Assembly (NCBI GenBank): GCA_001179505.1
Contig: CDMY01000413.1
Location: forward strand, 19,558 to 83,557
DNA from: Vitrella brassicaformis CCMP3155
Lineage: Eukaryota > Protista > Chromerida
Direction of reading: 5' to 3'
Length of the DNA: 64,000 bases
The position numbers and the translations under genes were made by a program. Positions 24,264-35,417 of the stretch are shown here, in pieces. Numbering within the stretch: the first letter of the stretch is position 1; the number at the start of each line of letters is the position of its first letter. Below the pieces are notes generated by a model. That model was given only the letters and a program-made list of their open reading frames with translations. It ran no database searches and was not told the DNA's origin.

Positions 24264-26021
24264 CTGAGCCAAGCCGGGTGTCGCCTGTCGTTTGTCGTGT
24301 GTCTCGTCTTTCGTGTGTCGTTTCGTTTGGTATCGTGTCGCTGTGGATGATGAGATGGCTGGGGTGGTTGTCTGGTGATGGATGTCTCAGTCGCTTCGGG
24401 TGTGTGGAGGGGGAGGGGGAGGGGGAGGGGAGAGAGAGGAGTGAGATGCGACGGACGGCAGCGAGAGAGGGGGAGAGTGGGGCGATCGAAGGCAGGCTCT
24501 GTCTCCTTTCGCGTCGGATTTTCGCTCTAGTATGTCCATCCATCCATCCTTCCCAACACATACTCACCACACATTCACCACACACCACCATCCATCCATC
24601 CACTCATTCCAATCCACCGTCTGTCTGGCTGCCTACCTGACTTATTTTGGATGTCTGTCTGCATGGAATTTCGCGCCGCCACGGAGGCCAGGGACGGAGG
24701 GGGGGCGGGGAAAGAGTGACGGCCACGCCCCCCTGCCTCTTCTCTGTGTCTCTGTCTCTGTCTCTGCCCCATCAATCTGCATCATCTGACGCCTACCTGC
24801 CCTGCATGGGTTTTGTTTATCGCTCTGGATGTGTGCTATGCCTGCTACGCTTTGGATAAATGTATTTAGGGGGGTCAGGGGGGAGGGAGGAGGGTGCGTA
24901 AGTGTATCCAGACGTAGACGTCTAGACGTGTGTGCGTGTGTGTGTGTTTCTCATGGGGAGGGGGGGTCTTGTTGCTCGCGTGTGTGGTGTGGTGTGGTGT
25001 GGTGCAGCAGGGCATAGTGTGTGAAGATATCGCATCGCACGCGTCCATCCTCCATCATTCATTCAATGAATGCATCGAATTGTGTGGTCGTTGAGAGAGC
25101 TCGAGGAGCGCAATGAGTGAAATGAATGGCGGTGTGGTGTCTATCCTGGTGTGGATGGTGTGGATGGCAGGCATGTGAGGCGCATGAGGTGAGATGATTG
25201 ATATGGGGCCTATACCTCCTACATTTATAAGTCTTGTGCGTGGAAGACTAAGACCAAGATCAATGACTGCAGTGCGGTGCACTCACTGCATTCACTCATT
25301 CACATGTATGTGTGTCTGTCAAATGTATTGATTGATGGGTTCACGTCACGTCACGTCCAAGAGGCCTTGTCAACTTAACTTCGTCGCGTCCAACAAACGA
25401 AATGAAGAAACGAAATGAAAAGGCGTCACGCGAGCCACACTCGTCTAGTCATGTTTACTACGCAATAAACCGCGCGCAGTTTGATTGATAGGTGAAGACA
25501 CCTGAGACATAGACGCCCCCTCGCGGCAAGGAATCGTGTGAAAGGTGAAGGTGGAAGAAGAGCGTGTTTGTTGACGACCGACCCACCTCCTACAGGTGAC
25601 CGAGCGACGATCGGCTGGCTGGCCGGGCAGAAGATAGATAGATAGCTACAAGTTGTGTGTATACGTCACTCTAACGGAAATGGACCCTCACAACGGGGGT
25701 CACTCTCTTCAACACACAGCCAATGGGTGCGGTGGATGGCTGTGTGTTGCCCGTCAGCAACCACACACGGAAAACCAGCGCACTAAAACGGCACTCACTC
25801 TCCCAGAGCACCCTCCTTCTCTCTCTCTGTGTGTGTGTGTGTGCTGGTTAGACGCATCCATCCATTCGTTGAGAGCGTATAACGCAGCCAGAGACAGCAC
25901 CGCCCCCCTATCAACTCAACTCACTCACTGCACGAACAGACAAACAAATAACTGATCCAGCAAAAATGAGGATAAACTCAGACTTGATCACATGGTATGC
26001 ATGACAACAGGCAGGTGAGCA

Positions 26022-26053
<32 letters not shown>

Positions 26054-26650
26054 AGTGCCGCCTGTCTGCCTGCTTTCTTTCTTGCAGTGGCAGTGGGCAG
26101 CCAGGCGGCACACACAACGCAACACACACCACACACACAGCAACACAAGGACGGTGGGGGCGCTGGGCTCAAATGGGGCAAAACCACACACACACACACA
26201 CACTCACACACACACGAGAAGCTAAGGGACACAGGCAGACACGCAAGGCAAGCCAATGGCTCGCCCACCCTCACACCGATCCACTCAACCAGCCAACCTT
26301 CCAGTCAATCCAACGAAATGAGCGCACATACAGGCTGACTTGAAAAGCGGCCACAGGCAGGCAGGCAGGCAGGCTGGCTGCCCGCAGGCAGTGAGTGAGA
26401 GCGTGAGGTGAGGTGACGCTGGCTCGCTCCATCATGTTGCCATCGTCACCTGCCCGCCCAGACGCGCACACACGTACGTACTTACCTTCACTTCAACATA
26501 GGCACCCACACCCACACCCAGAGAGGGAGGGAGGGATGGAGGGAGACATGCCTATATCCACATTATGTACTCACAACATCACGCACAGCAAAGCACAAAC
26601 CCGTCGTGTCGTAACCAAGAGGCACTCACGTGCGCTGCGCGAAGAAGAGA

Positions 26651-29106
26651 CTAGAACACAAAGATAGCCCACCCCAACATGGCCGTCACCATCACCATCC
26701 CACCCCCCACCCCCACTCTCAGCCCGCCACACCGCCCAACGGCCCCCGATGGTGTGAGGTCTTCCTCCACCGACGGCCCCTCTGCCCTTGCACTCAACGC
26801 CTGCAGCCTCTCACGGTGCCTCAGCGTCTCCCTCCTCTCGCCCAGCTGCACCCCCGCATACCGCCCCAGCATCATGACGGTCGCCATGGGGTTGACGCGC
26901 GTCACGGCGGGGATGACCGATGCGTCCACCACGTGCAGGTTGCTCGTTCCAGTAAGGAGAAAGTCGTCTCCCTCGATGAGCGTGCCCATCGCGACTGTCC
27001 CGCAGTAGTGCCATATAGAGAGGTAGAGATGCTCGCCAACCGCCGTGAAAACCTCCTCGAGGGCCTCGGGCGACTCGCCTGCCTCCATGAGTGTGGCGTT
27101 GATGCCTGGCGGAAAGAGCTGCAGCTCCGCGCCGGGCTTGGCGTACTTGGATGGCGGGAAGATGAGTCCGAGGGATGTCTTGACCATGCCCTTCCTGAAG
27201 AGGTCGGCGTCGAAGCACGAGTCCTCGCCGTTCTGCGTGATGGCCTTCATCGGGTCAGACGACAGCAGACGGAGACTCTCTGAACAGAAACACACAGAGA
27301 CAACGGGATGGCCCACAATGAGTGCACTCGTGGGACAGCAACCCACCCCACCTTTGATGGCGAGGCCGGCCGCCTGCCGGTCCCTCGGGGCGTCGAAGTA
27401 CTTGGGGTCGATGAGTGTGGTCCCGTTTTCACGGAGGGTCACCCGCCCTCGTGAGAGCGGCTCCGTCACCCACGTCAGCAGCGACACCCCCTGGATGGCA
27501 CACGTGCTCACGTTGGCCTCCTGCTCGTTGCACTGCTCCGGCACCGTCACGTTGGTGTCCACTTGCGACGAGTTGAGGGCGATCTCGATGCCGAGCGCAC
27601 AGTCCCAGAAGCCCTGCAATAACCGGGCCAGCAGGGGGCTGATGCGGCCCTTCTCCGCGGCCTTGTGCGCGTTGAGTATCATGCCTGTCGTCATGCCGTA
27701 GCCCTGAGAGAGCTCATCCTGCAATCAAGGAGGGAAGAATGGAAGCTGCTTGGTGTGGTTCTGCGTGTGTGTGTGTGCGCGCGTGTCTGTGGTGGGTTAC
27801 GATGAGTGTGAAGTGACACTGGTCATTCGCCGAGGGGTTCTCGGCGTCGCAGCCTGGTCCGGCGTATCGTGTGGCCATCAGCGACTGGATCGTCACGGGG
27901 CCGGGCTCCTTGAGCGCCACGCCAATGGGAATCTGCAAAGCATAACCCACAAACAAAGACAGCTTCACCAAACAGCCATATCTCCCCATCTCCCGCCTCC
28001 ATGTGTCGCCATGATACCTGAGGATGGTCGTGCAGATTAGACCCAACGCTCTCCAAATCCAGCAGAACCTCGATGCCCGCCGCTTCAAGCACGTCGCGCG
28101 GACCCAGACCACTTCGCATGAGGATCGCCGGCGTATGGATCGCACCAGACGCCAAAACGACTCGCCCGCCGTCCCTAACGCAAACCCGCCTCCTCACACG
28201 CTCGGCGCCCTCAGTGGCATTCAGCTTGTCGTAGACGACGCAAGTCGCCCTCAGCTGGCCCCCTGTCTCGACAGCCTCAAGATCGAACTCAATGTGCTGC
28301 ACCTCAGAGAGCACCTGCAGCGTCACCGCCGATCCGTTCAGCAGCTCATCGGCGGCGTGGCGTCGGTCTGTCTCGGTGTCGAAGATGGAGTAGGTGCGCC
28401 ACGACATGGGAGTGTCGGCCACACGGGCAGTGCCCTCGTCGCCCACCCAGGGGTACCCGGCCTGCTCGAGCGACGACCGGAGAGCCCTGCCCCATTGGCC
28501 CCCCTGCGGCGAAGGGCGGACGATGCCCGAGTCCCTCAGCCAGTGGTAGCTGTCGTTGATGAGGGTACGGTTGAGGGTGACCTTGTGTGCCTCCTCAAGA
28601 TGGTCGAAGTAAGACATGTCCTCCTCAATGTACACCCCCGCGTTGATGGCCGTGCCGCCGCCGGTCACTCGACCGATGTGGCCGATGACGCCCTGGGGGG
28701 TCTCGAACTGCTCGGATATGGTGGGGCTGAGCATGGCTGTCTGGCCGCCCGTCTTGGTGACGGCATCCTCGAACTGCTGCCGGTCGTCGCCCCGCTCCAG
28801 CAGCAGCACAGCCTGGCTATATTCAGATAGGGTGCGGGCCAGGGGGCAGCCGCCCGCACCGGCACCGATGACGATCGTGTCGTAAAGAGCCTCGTCCGTC
28901 TCAACGGCAGCGTCTGAAGGAAACACACACACAAGGGTGCAACAGTCACGCATTCCTGTCCGTTTGAGAGTTGAATGCTGACCACCGATGGCGGCGTCAA
29001 GGGCAGTGCGGTTGGCCTCGACTGGTTCCACCTGCCCATGACAGGGCGTGGGAGAGAGGATTAAACTCCCAAGAGTCAGGAGAGGGACCAGAGCAGCCAC
29101 GCGCAT
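26651..29106 (-). CDS. GMC oxidoreductase (HOTHEAD/mandelonitrile-lyase-like fold), secreted, probably GPI-anchored
   Basis: Signal peptide MRVAALVPLLTLGSLILSPTPCHG, YDTIVIGAGAGGCPLARTLSE..VLLLERG, GRVTGGGTAINAG, VVLASGAIHTPAILMRSGLG, VGSNLHDHP, SIWHYCGTVAMG, LHVVDASVIP and VNPMATVMMLGRYAG. The C-terminus is hydrophobic (GMVMVTAMLGWAIFVF*). Confidence 0.9.
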
Positions 29107-29449
29107 CGACCACACGCATGCACTGAGCCGGCCGGCGAAGGATCTGCCCCCCAAAAGAGCAGCGGAATGACCCAGATGGAGTGAAGGCCCGACGGATGGG
29201 ATGGCTGCACGAGGGATGGTCAGCCGCCAAATTGCACGAGAATGGGTGTAGTCGTTGAGGTCAACGCTGAGAGATGTAAGGAGAGATAACCGTTCAGGGC
29301 TGCTCCTGGTACGTCAGGCAGCACCAGGGGGCACAGGTAGCAAAGGCGCAGAGATCAGATTTCTTAAGCTCGCGAGATGGACATTCCGTGGAACCGTTCT
29401 CTTTGTGCGTCCGAAAAAACACACAGAACAGAAAGAGGCGAATAGCACC

Positions 29450-29725
29450 ATGCTGTACAATCCCCAATCGGCTCTCTATCGGCAATTCCTCTCCTCCGCC
29501 CGGTGAGAGGCCGACAGACTGCGTGCACTGGAATGAGATGAGCCGAGATGAGCCGATGTGATTTGGCTTGTGGTGGTGTGTTGTGTCATGCAGCAAAGCG
29601 GACAAGAAGGCCGGGGAGCAGCAGAAGTCCAAGGCCGCTTCAGATCGTTCCTCAGCTCATCCAGGTATGCGGCTTGGTTGTGACACAGACACAGATCAGC
29701 ACAGCAAGGCCTGCGTCTGTGCCAG

Positions 29726-29762
<37 letters not shown>

Positions 29763-29782
29763 CAGGCTCCACTGGAGTATGA
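29450..29782 (+). CDS. 46-aa spliced microprotein MLYNPQSALYRQFLSSARKADKKAGEQQKSKAASDRSSAHPGSTGV
   Basis: ATG in a gcaccATG context. Exons 29450-29502, 29594-29664 and 29766-29782 total 141 nt, joined by GTGAG..TGCAG and GTATG..(GT)n TTCAG introns with matching phases. It is head-to-head with the GMC gene. Confidence 0.6.
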
Positions 29783-31494
29783 CGACTAACAGGGATTGGG
29801 TGGGAGAGGTGGACATGGGAATGGCGGCGAGACGAGTCTAACTTCTTCGAGAACTGAGACACGGCTGGGCCTGTGATGCCTGTAGATACCTTTCTGTTGG
29901 ATGACGTTGGCTCGGCTGGAGCCTGCGATCACCTACTGCGACGCCCTGAGTGCCCGACTGTACCGTCAGCCACTGAAGACGTTGCAGATGCGTGCAGCAG
30001 GCAACAGCGGAGTCAGTCCAGGGACGGGAGGGAGGGGGAGAGTGCGCTTGACTGGCGGCACTGTTGAGTGGTCGAGTGAGTGAGTGTCTTATGGCATGTC
30101 TGTCGGTCTGTCTGTCTGTCTGTCATGTGCCCACGCTTCACGTGAACACACAGCCATGCCACGCCATGCAGTCAGTCAGTCTGAGACAGACACCCGGACG
30201 GTCAGACAACGGATGAGGGGTGGGTGGAGGGATACCTAGGCGTACTCACTTCGTCGTGTCGGACGGTGCGCATCGATCCAATCAACCAGCTGTCACTTAT
30301 GGCCTCTCTCTTGCAACACACAAATGCCGACATACACACACTCGCCCAGCCACCCTCAGGCTCACTCACTTCACTGCACAGAGTCTGCCGATCGCCTGCC
30401 TCCTGGCGGGGATCACCACACACCTCACTCGTGCCGCCTGCCTGCCTGTCTGCCTTAAACACCTCCACACACACACAGCCCGCGTTGAAAAATCGTAAAA
30501 CCCTCGCATCTCATCATCTCTCTCGCCAATCCATCCATCCTGCATACGTGCCTGGCTGCATGCCTGTAGCGTAGCGTGCCCCGCCCTGCCCTGCCCACCC
30601 ACACAAACTCCATCCACTTAAAACGGCGTGCACACTGCAGCCACTGCACCCACACGGCAATCTATCTATCTCAGCGCTCTCACAGTGTGTCATCCAGTCG
30701 CCCTGGCTGGCTCCGCGTCAGTGCCCGTCCGTCTATCTACGGGCAACGAACAGACCACACCGACACGGCGGATCGAGCTGCCCAGAGCAGAGCGTGTGTG
30801 CGGCCGAACTAACGACTAGGGGGTGAGACATCCATCGATGGAACAACCCAACCCATCGGTGCACATCACATCTGATGGCATGGCGACGTGGCCGTGGGCG
30901 GCTGGGTGGGTGTGGGTGGGTGTGGCCGTCGCCGTATCTATCGTGCGTATGCCCTAAAACTGCTCTTCTTTGTTCGAGTGAGAGGCCAAAAACCGCCCCC
31001 CGCTCACATCACCGAGTCGAAAAAGACGAAGGAAGGAGCCACACCACACCACCACCGAACAATCATCCAAAAAATGAAAATGATATCAGCATGCGGGAGG
31101 GAGGGAGGCCACCAACCCACAAACCCACCAGCCAGCCAGCTGGTGCGTGTGTGTCATGAGAGAGAGTGGATGCAAGCCGCCCGCCCACCCCTCGCACCAG
31201 AAAAAACTGTGGGGGCGGGAGTGGCGTGCGAGCTAACTGTCGTGTGTGTGTGTGTGTGTGTGTGCAAGTGAAGGCCTACCTCTGGCGCAATGACATAGAC
31301 AGACAGACAGACAGACACCAGAGCCACACAAGGATGAGCAGCAAGCAGGAAGCCCCAGAAGAGAGAGCTTCCCGTGTGTCCCCCCTGGCCAGCTGGTCGT
31401 CTACACGAGCTACGTGCACAAACTAACCCCGCCTCTGATATCCGGCGGGGCGGGCACACCATCCGTCCATCGGTCCATCGGTCCATCCATCTAT

Positions 31495-32728
31495 CTAAGG
31501 TCCGTTTGGCGGCATCATATAGAGGGGGTGGTGCTGCATGAGGAATGGGGGCACCTGCGGCATGTTGCGGTGCTGCCGCTTGGTCGATATGTGCGTCCGC
31601 AGCTTGGTGAGCAGCGCCGAACGGGTGCCGTCCTGGCGCTTCTCACGGTCCTGAATCGCCTGCGCCACCGCACGACGAGTCAGCTGGGTCAGCAAGGCGT
31701 CCAACTCCTGGCAGATTGCAAGGACAAACACACACAGACAGACAGACAGACATGGATTGAACAATGGTCATGCGGGCGCACAACACCCAAAGAGAGAGAC
31801 ATCTGCGCTCGAACCTTGACTTTGGGATGCTGGTCGCCCTCGAGTGCCGCCAGGATAGACCGCTGCTGCCGTGTGTGGTGCAGCGACTCACGGAACTCGC
31901 ACAGCATCATGTTCAGACCTGCCAGGTGGTCATGCACCTACACCAGAGACAGCGCCAACGAATGCAATGCAACCATGACGACTGACGTCTGGTCTCCCCT
32001 GCGCTTGGTGTGTGTGTGTGTGCGGCTGACCTGAACGAGGTACATGGGTCCCGGGTTGGCCTTGGCGATGCGCTTGAAGGAGTGGCCGGCGCGTTGCGTC
32101 AGGATCAGGGCCGCACGCTGCCACCCCGCCGACGGCTGCGCCTGGTGCAGCTGAAGGGCACAACGGCTGCAATGCATTGCAATGCAGCACAGCCACACAC
32201 ACACGCAGGCAGACACAGACAGACAGGAAGAGAGTGGGCGGGCCGAGTGTGGAGCGCTGTGGGGTCTGTGTGAGTGGGTGCGTACGCGGCGTGTACGAGC
32301 GCCATGGGGAGGTCGGGATGGTCCAGCCCGCACCATAATCTGTACAGCTCAGCAGCCCTGCAGTGCAACCCAACCACAACAAACATCCCACCCATCCACT
32401 CACTGCCTATCGACTCGCCAGCCAGACGTCCCTGCCCTGCCCTGCCTGTGGAGGTATCTGATGGCGTCGAAAGGGTGGCCCATGAAGAGGAGTGCGATGC
32501 CCATCTGGCAGTGCAGCTCGGCGTTCTCGAAGGCGTCCACCCCCCCAAGCTGCTCCTGGTGAGCCAGAGCACGGCTGAAGTTCTGGTACGCACTCGGCAT
32601 CTCGCCCAGTGACATCTGCAGACCCCCCAACCGATGGTAGCAGTCTGCCATCTCCCTGAAGCAAGCAAACCGACACACACACACACGACACATGACACAC
32701 ACATGAACAGAAGCTGACCTGGAGGCGC

Positions 32729-32763
<35 letters not shown>

Positions 32764-35212
32764 TACCATGCGGGCGCGCCGTTGAGGAGGTTGTTGTAGG
32801 TGGCGGCGGCCTGTTCGAGGGCCTGCATAGCGATGTCGATCATCTCGTTGTTGAGACACCGCTGCGCCGTGGCCATCCACACCTGCACCCCGACGCTCTG
32901 CGGCCCCTCACTCTTGACCACAGGGAACAAACCCGCCACGTCGTCACTCGTCAGCCGACCGCACACACGCACTTCTCGCGACCTGCCGCTGCTGGGGGGG
33001 CCCTTCTCCGATGGGCTGGCCGGGGGCTGACGGCCGATGCCATTCGCCAGCGGGGAGTCGCCGGCAGACTGAGACTGCACGTCGGCATCAGCAGCTGCTT
33101 GTGCCGCCTCGGTGGGGGCGTTGGATGGCGAGTCGGGGTGAGGGTGAGGGGTGGCGCCGGCCTCCTCCTCTTGCTGCTGGTCTCCACTGCCGCTGCCCTC
33201 CCCCTCAGGCACCTCCGACACGTTCGGGTGCTCGGGGATCTCCGGCGCGCTGTCGCTCTGTGCGTCGCAGGACGGTTCCCAGGGCTCGATCAGGGGGCTC
33301 AGCACCTTGCCCAGCGAAGAGGGCGCCACCAGCTGGATGCCCACCTTCTCACACACACCCCGCAGCACCCCGAATCGCCCCGCAGCCGACCGCAGCACAC
33401 CGCACTGGGCCCTGGCTTGAGGGAGGGGGTGGCGGAAGTGCTCCTCGCTCCTCTCCCGGATGAGCCCCCACATGCTGTCCACCGTCACTTGCTGCAGGGC
33501 GTCGGGGAGGCCCGGCTCCAGCTCAGGCGACTCGTTGAGTGAGGTGGATGTCGGTGAGGACGTCAGGTCGGCGGCGTCGCCCGTCTCGTCGTTTGGCCAG
33601 GCCATGAGGCAGTTGAGCAGGTGGGCCACCGACACGGCCAGCCGTCCGGGGGGCACCTCCTTGAGCAGCCCGTTAATGACGTACGCTGCCGTCCGCATCA
33701 CGATCTCCCGCTCCAGCGCGGCCAGCAGAACGGGCGAGACGAACTCGGCCTGCGAGCACTTGGCCAGGACGGTGCCGAGGTACCGCAGGTTGACGCCGTG
33801 ACGGTGGAAGCAACGCTTGACGGCTCGGGTGGAGACGGGGGTCTGGGCGGGCATGAGGAGGGTCTTGACGAGCTGCGGGATGGCGACCTCCGTCAGACGC
33901 CGGGCGAGGGAGTGGATGCGGCGGTGCTGCCTGGACAGCTGGTCCTTGGCCTCGCTCTCGTCGGCCTCCACCCAGTGAGTGAAGGCGTTGATATTCAGCT
34001 GCATGGTGGCATGCAGTCAGTCACCCCACACACACGCCCATTCATTCACTGTGGCTGCATCCATCCATCGGTGTGTGGATGTGCTCACCAGTGGAGGTGG
34101 GAAGAGGGGATTGTCGTCCGCCTGTGGCAGCTGCGACAGGTTGTGCTTGGCCAGCTCCTCAGACAACTTCGCCATCCACGCCGGCTGCTGCTGCTGCTGC
34201 GCCTGCACCCCGTCGCCACCTCCACCACCAGCACCAGCACCAGCACCAGTACCACCAGCACCAGGACCGCCCGCCCCGTCGTTGATTGCCTCAGTCTGGT
34301 CTGTCGTCTGCTCCCTGGCCTTGAGCTGCATGGCCTGCGCCTCACGGATGATGGCCTGCAGCCGTTCCGCAGCCAGCCGCTGCATCGACGCCGCGTACTC
34401 GTGGTGCGCGTCCCACCGGAACACATTCACACCCTCGCGAGCCGTCTGCAGCAAAGATTTGGGCTGGGTGGGGTTTTTGGCTGTGCCGTCGGGGTGGTTG
34501 CCGGGGGCTGCAGCAGACGCCTCCGCCCCGTCTGCTGTGGCGTCGGGTTTGTCGGCGGTGTGCTTCTCCTTGGCGATCCAATCGCGGATCTGCTTCTGGA
34601 TGAGCAGCTCTGGCCTCAAGATGGACATGCCGCCCGCACCGGCGGGGTGGTCGGACGAAGGCGCACCGTCAGAACGGGAACCTGCCTTCCTGGAGGCGGC
34701 CGGCGTGGGGGTGGTCTCCTTGGGTGGCTGCTGGTGTAATTGGCAGCAGGAGGGCTCATCGGGGTCGGCGTCAGACATGTCAGAGGGGATGTCCTCCTCC
34801 TCCTCCCCATCTGCTGATGCTGATGCTGCTGCTGCTGCTGCTGTGGTGCCGTCCGTCTTGTCTCCCTGCGCCGCCCGCCTCTCGCGTGATGCCTTGAGCC
34901 GGTCGGCCTTCTCGCGCAGGTACTGCACCACAAACTCAGGACGCAATACACAGCTGCGGTCCTCGGGCCTGGCAAAGAGACAAACAGAAGATCGGTCTTT
35001 GGTACATCCATTGGGGGCTGGGCTATCTGTGGCCAGAATGTAACAACCAGTTGAGATCCCTTGGCGTGAGTCTTGAGAGGTCGCAGATGTACAGCCGTCC
35101 GTCAGCTCCCTTGATGCACTTGCTCTCTGCGGGCAGGTGCAGTCTGACGGTCTTGCTGGCGTCCTCCTTCAGATGGTGCGGCGCCAAACCAAAGTACCGA
35201 CCCACCTATAGA

Positions 35213-35243
<31 letters not shown>

Positions 35244-35386
35244 TTGACAGGGGTCATCGTTCAGAGTTCCCCTCCTGGTCGATCGTCTCACCTTGTCGTA
35301 GAGGAGCTGCGCGACCTCCTGGTGGTATGAGTACCCCTCCCACGGCTCGTTGGCACCCATCAAGGGCCTGCAGGAATATATATGCC

Positions 35387-35417
<31 letters not shown>

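Noticed and set aside
24300-26600. ncRNA or mobile element in the GH3-GMC gap
   Set aside because: I saw only microsatellites and short palindromes, with no tRNA, snRNA, snoRNA or terminal-repeat signature.
21362-29106. Plant-like cyanogenesis pair (glucosidase plus hydroxynitrile lyase)
   Set aside because: Cyanogenic glucosidases are GH1, not GH3, and the GMC has the oxidase-type Asn (NP) rather than the lyase His.
33621-35043. Long + strand ORFs opposite CLU (also 42010-43350 opposite CPLANE1 and 23118-24272 opposite GH3)
   Set aside because: These are antisense shadows of GC-rich coding exons with no domain signal.
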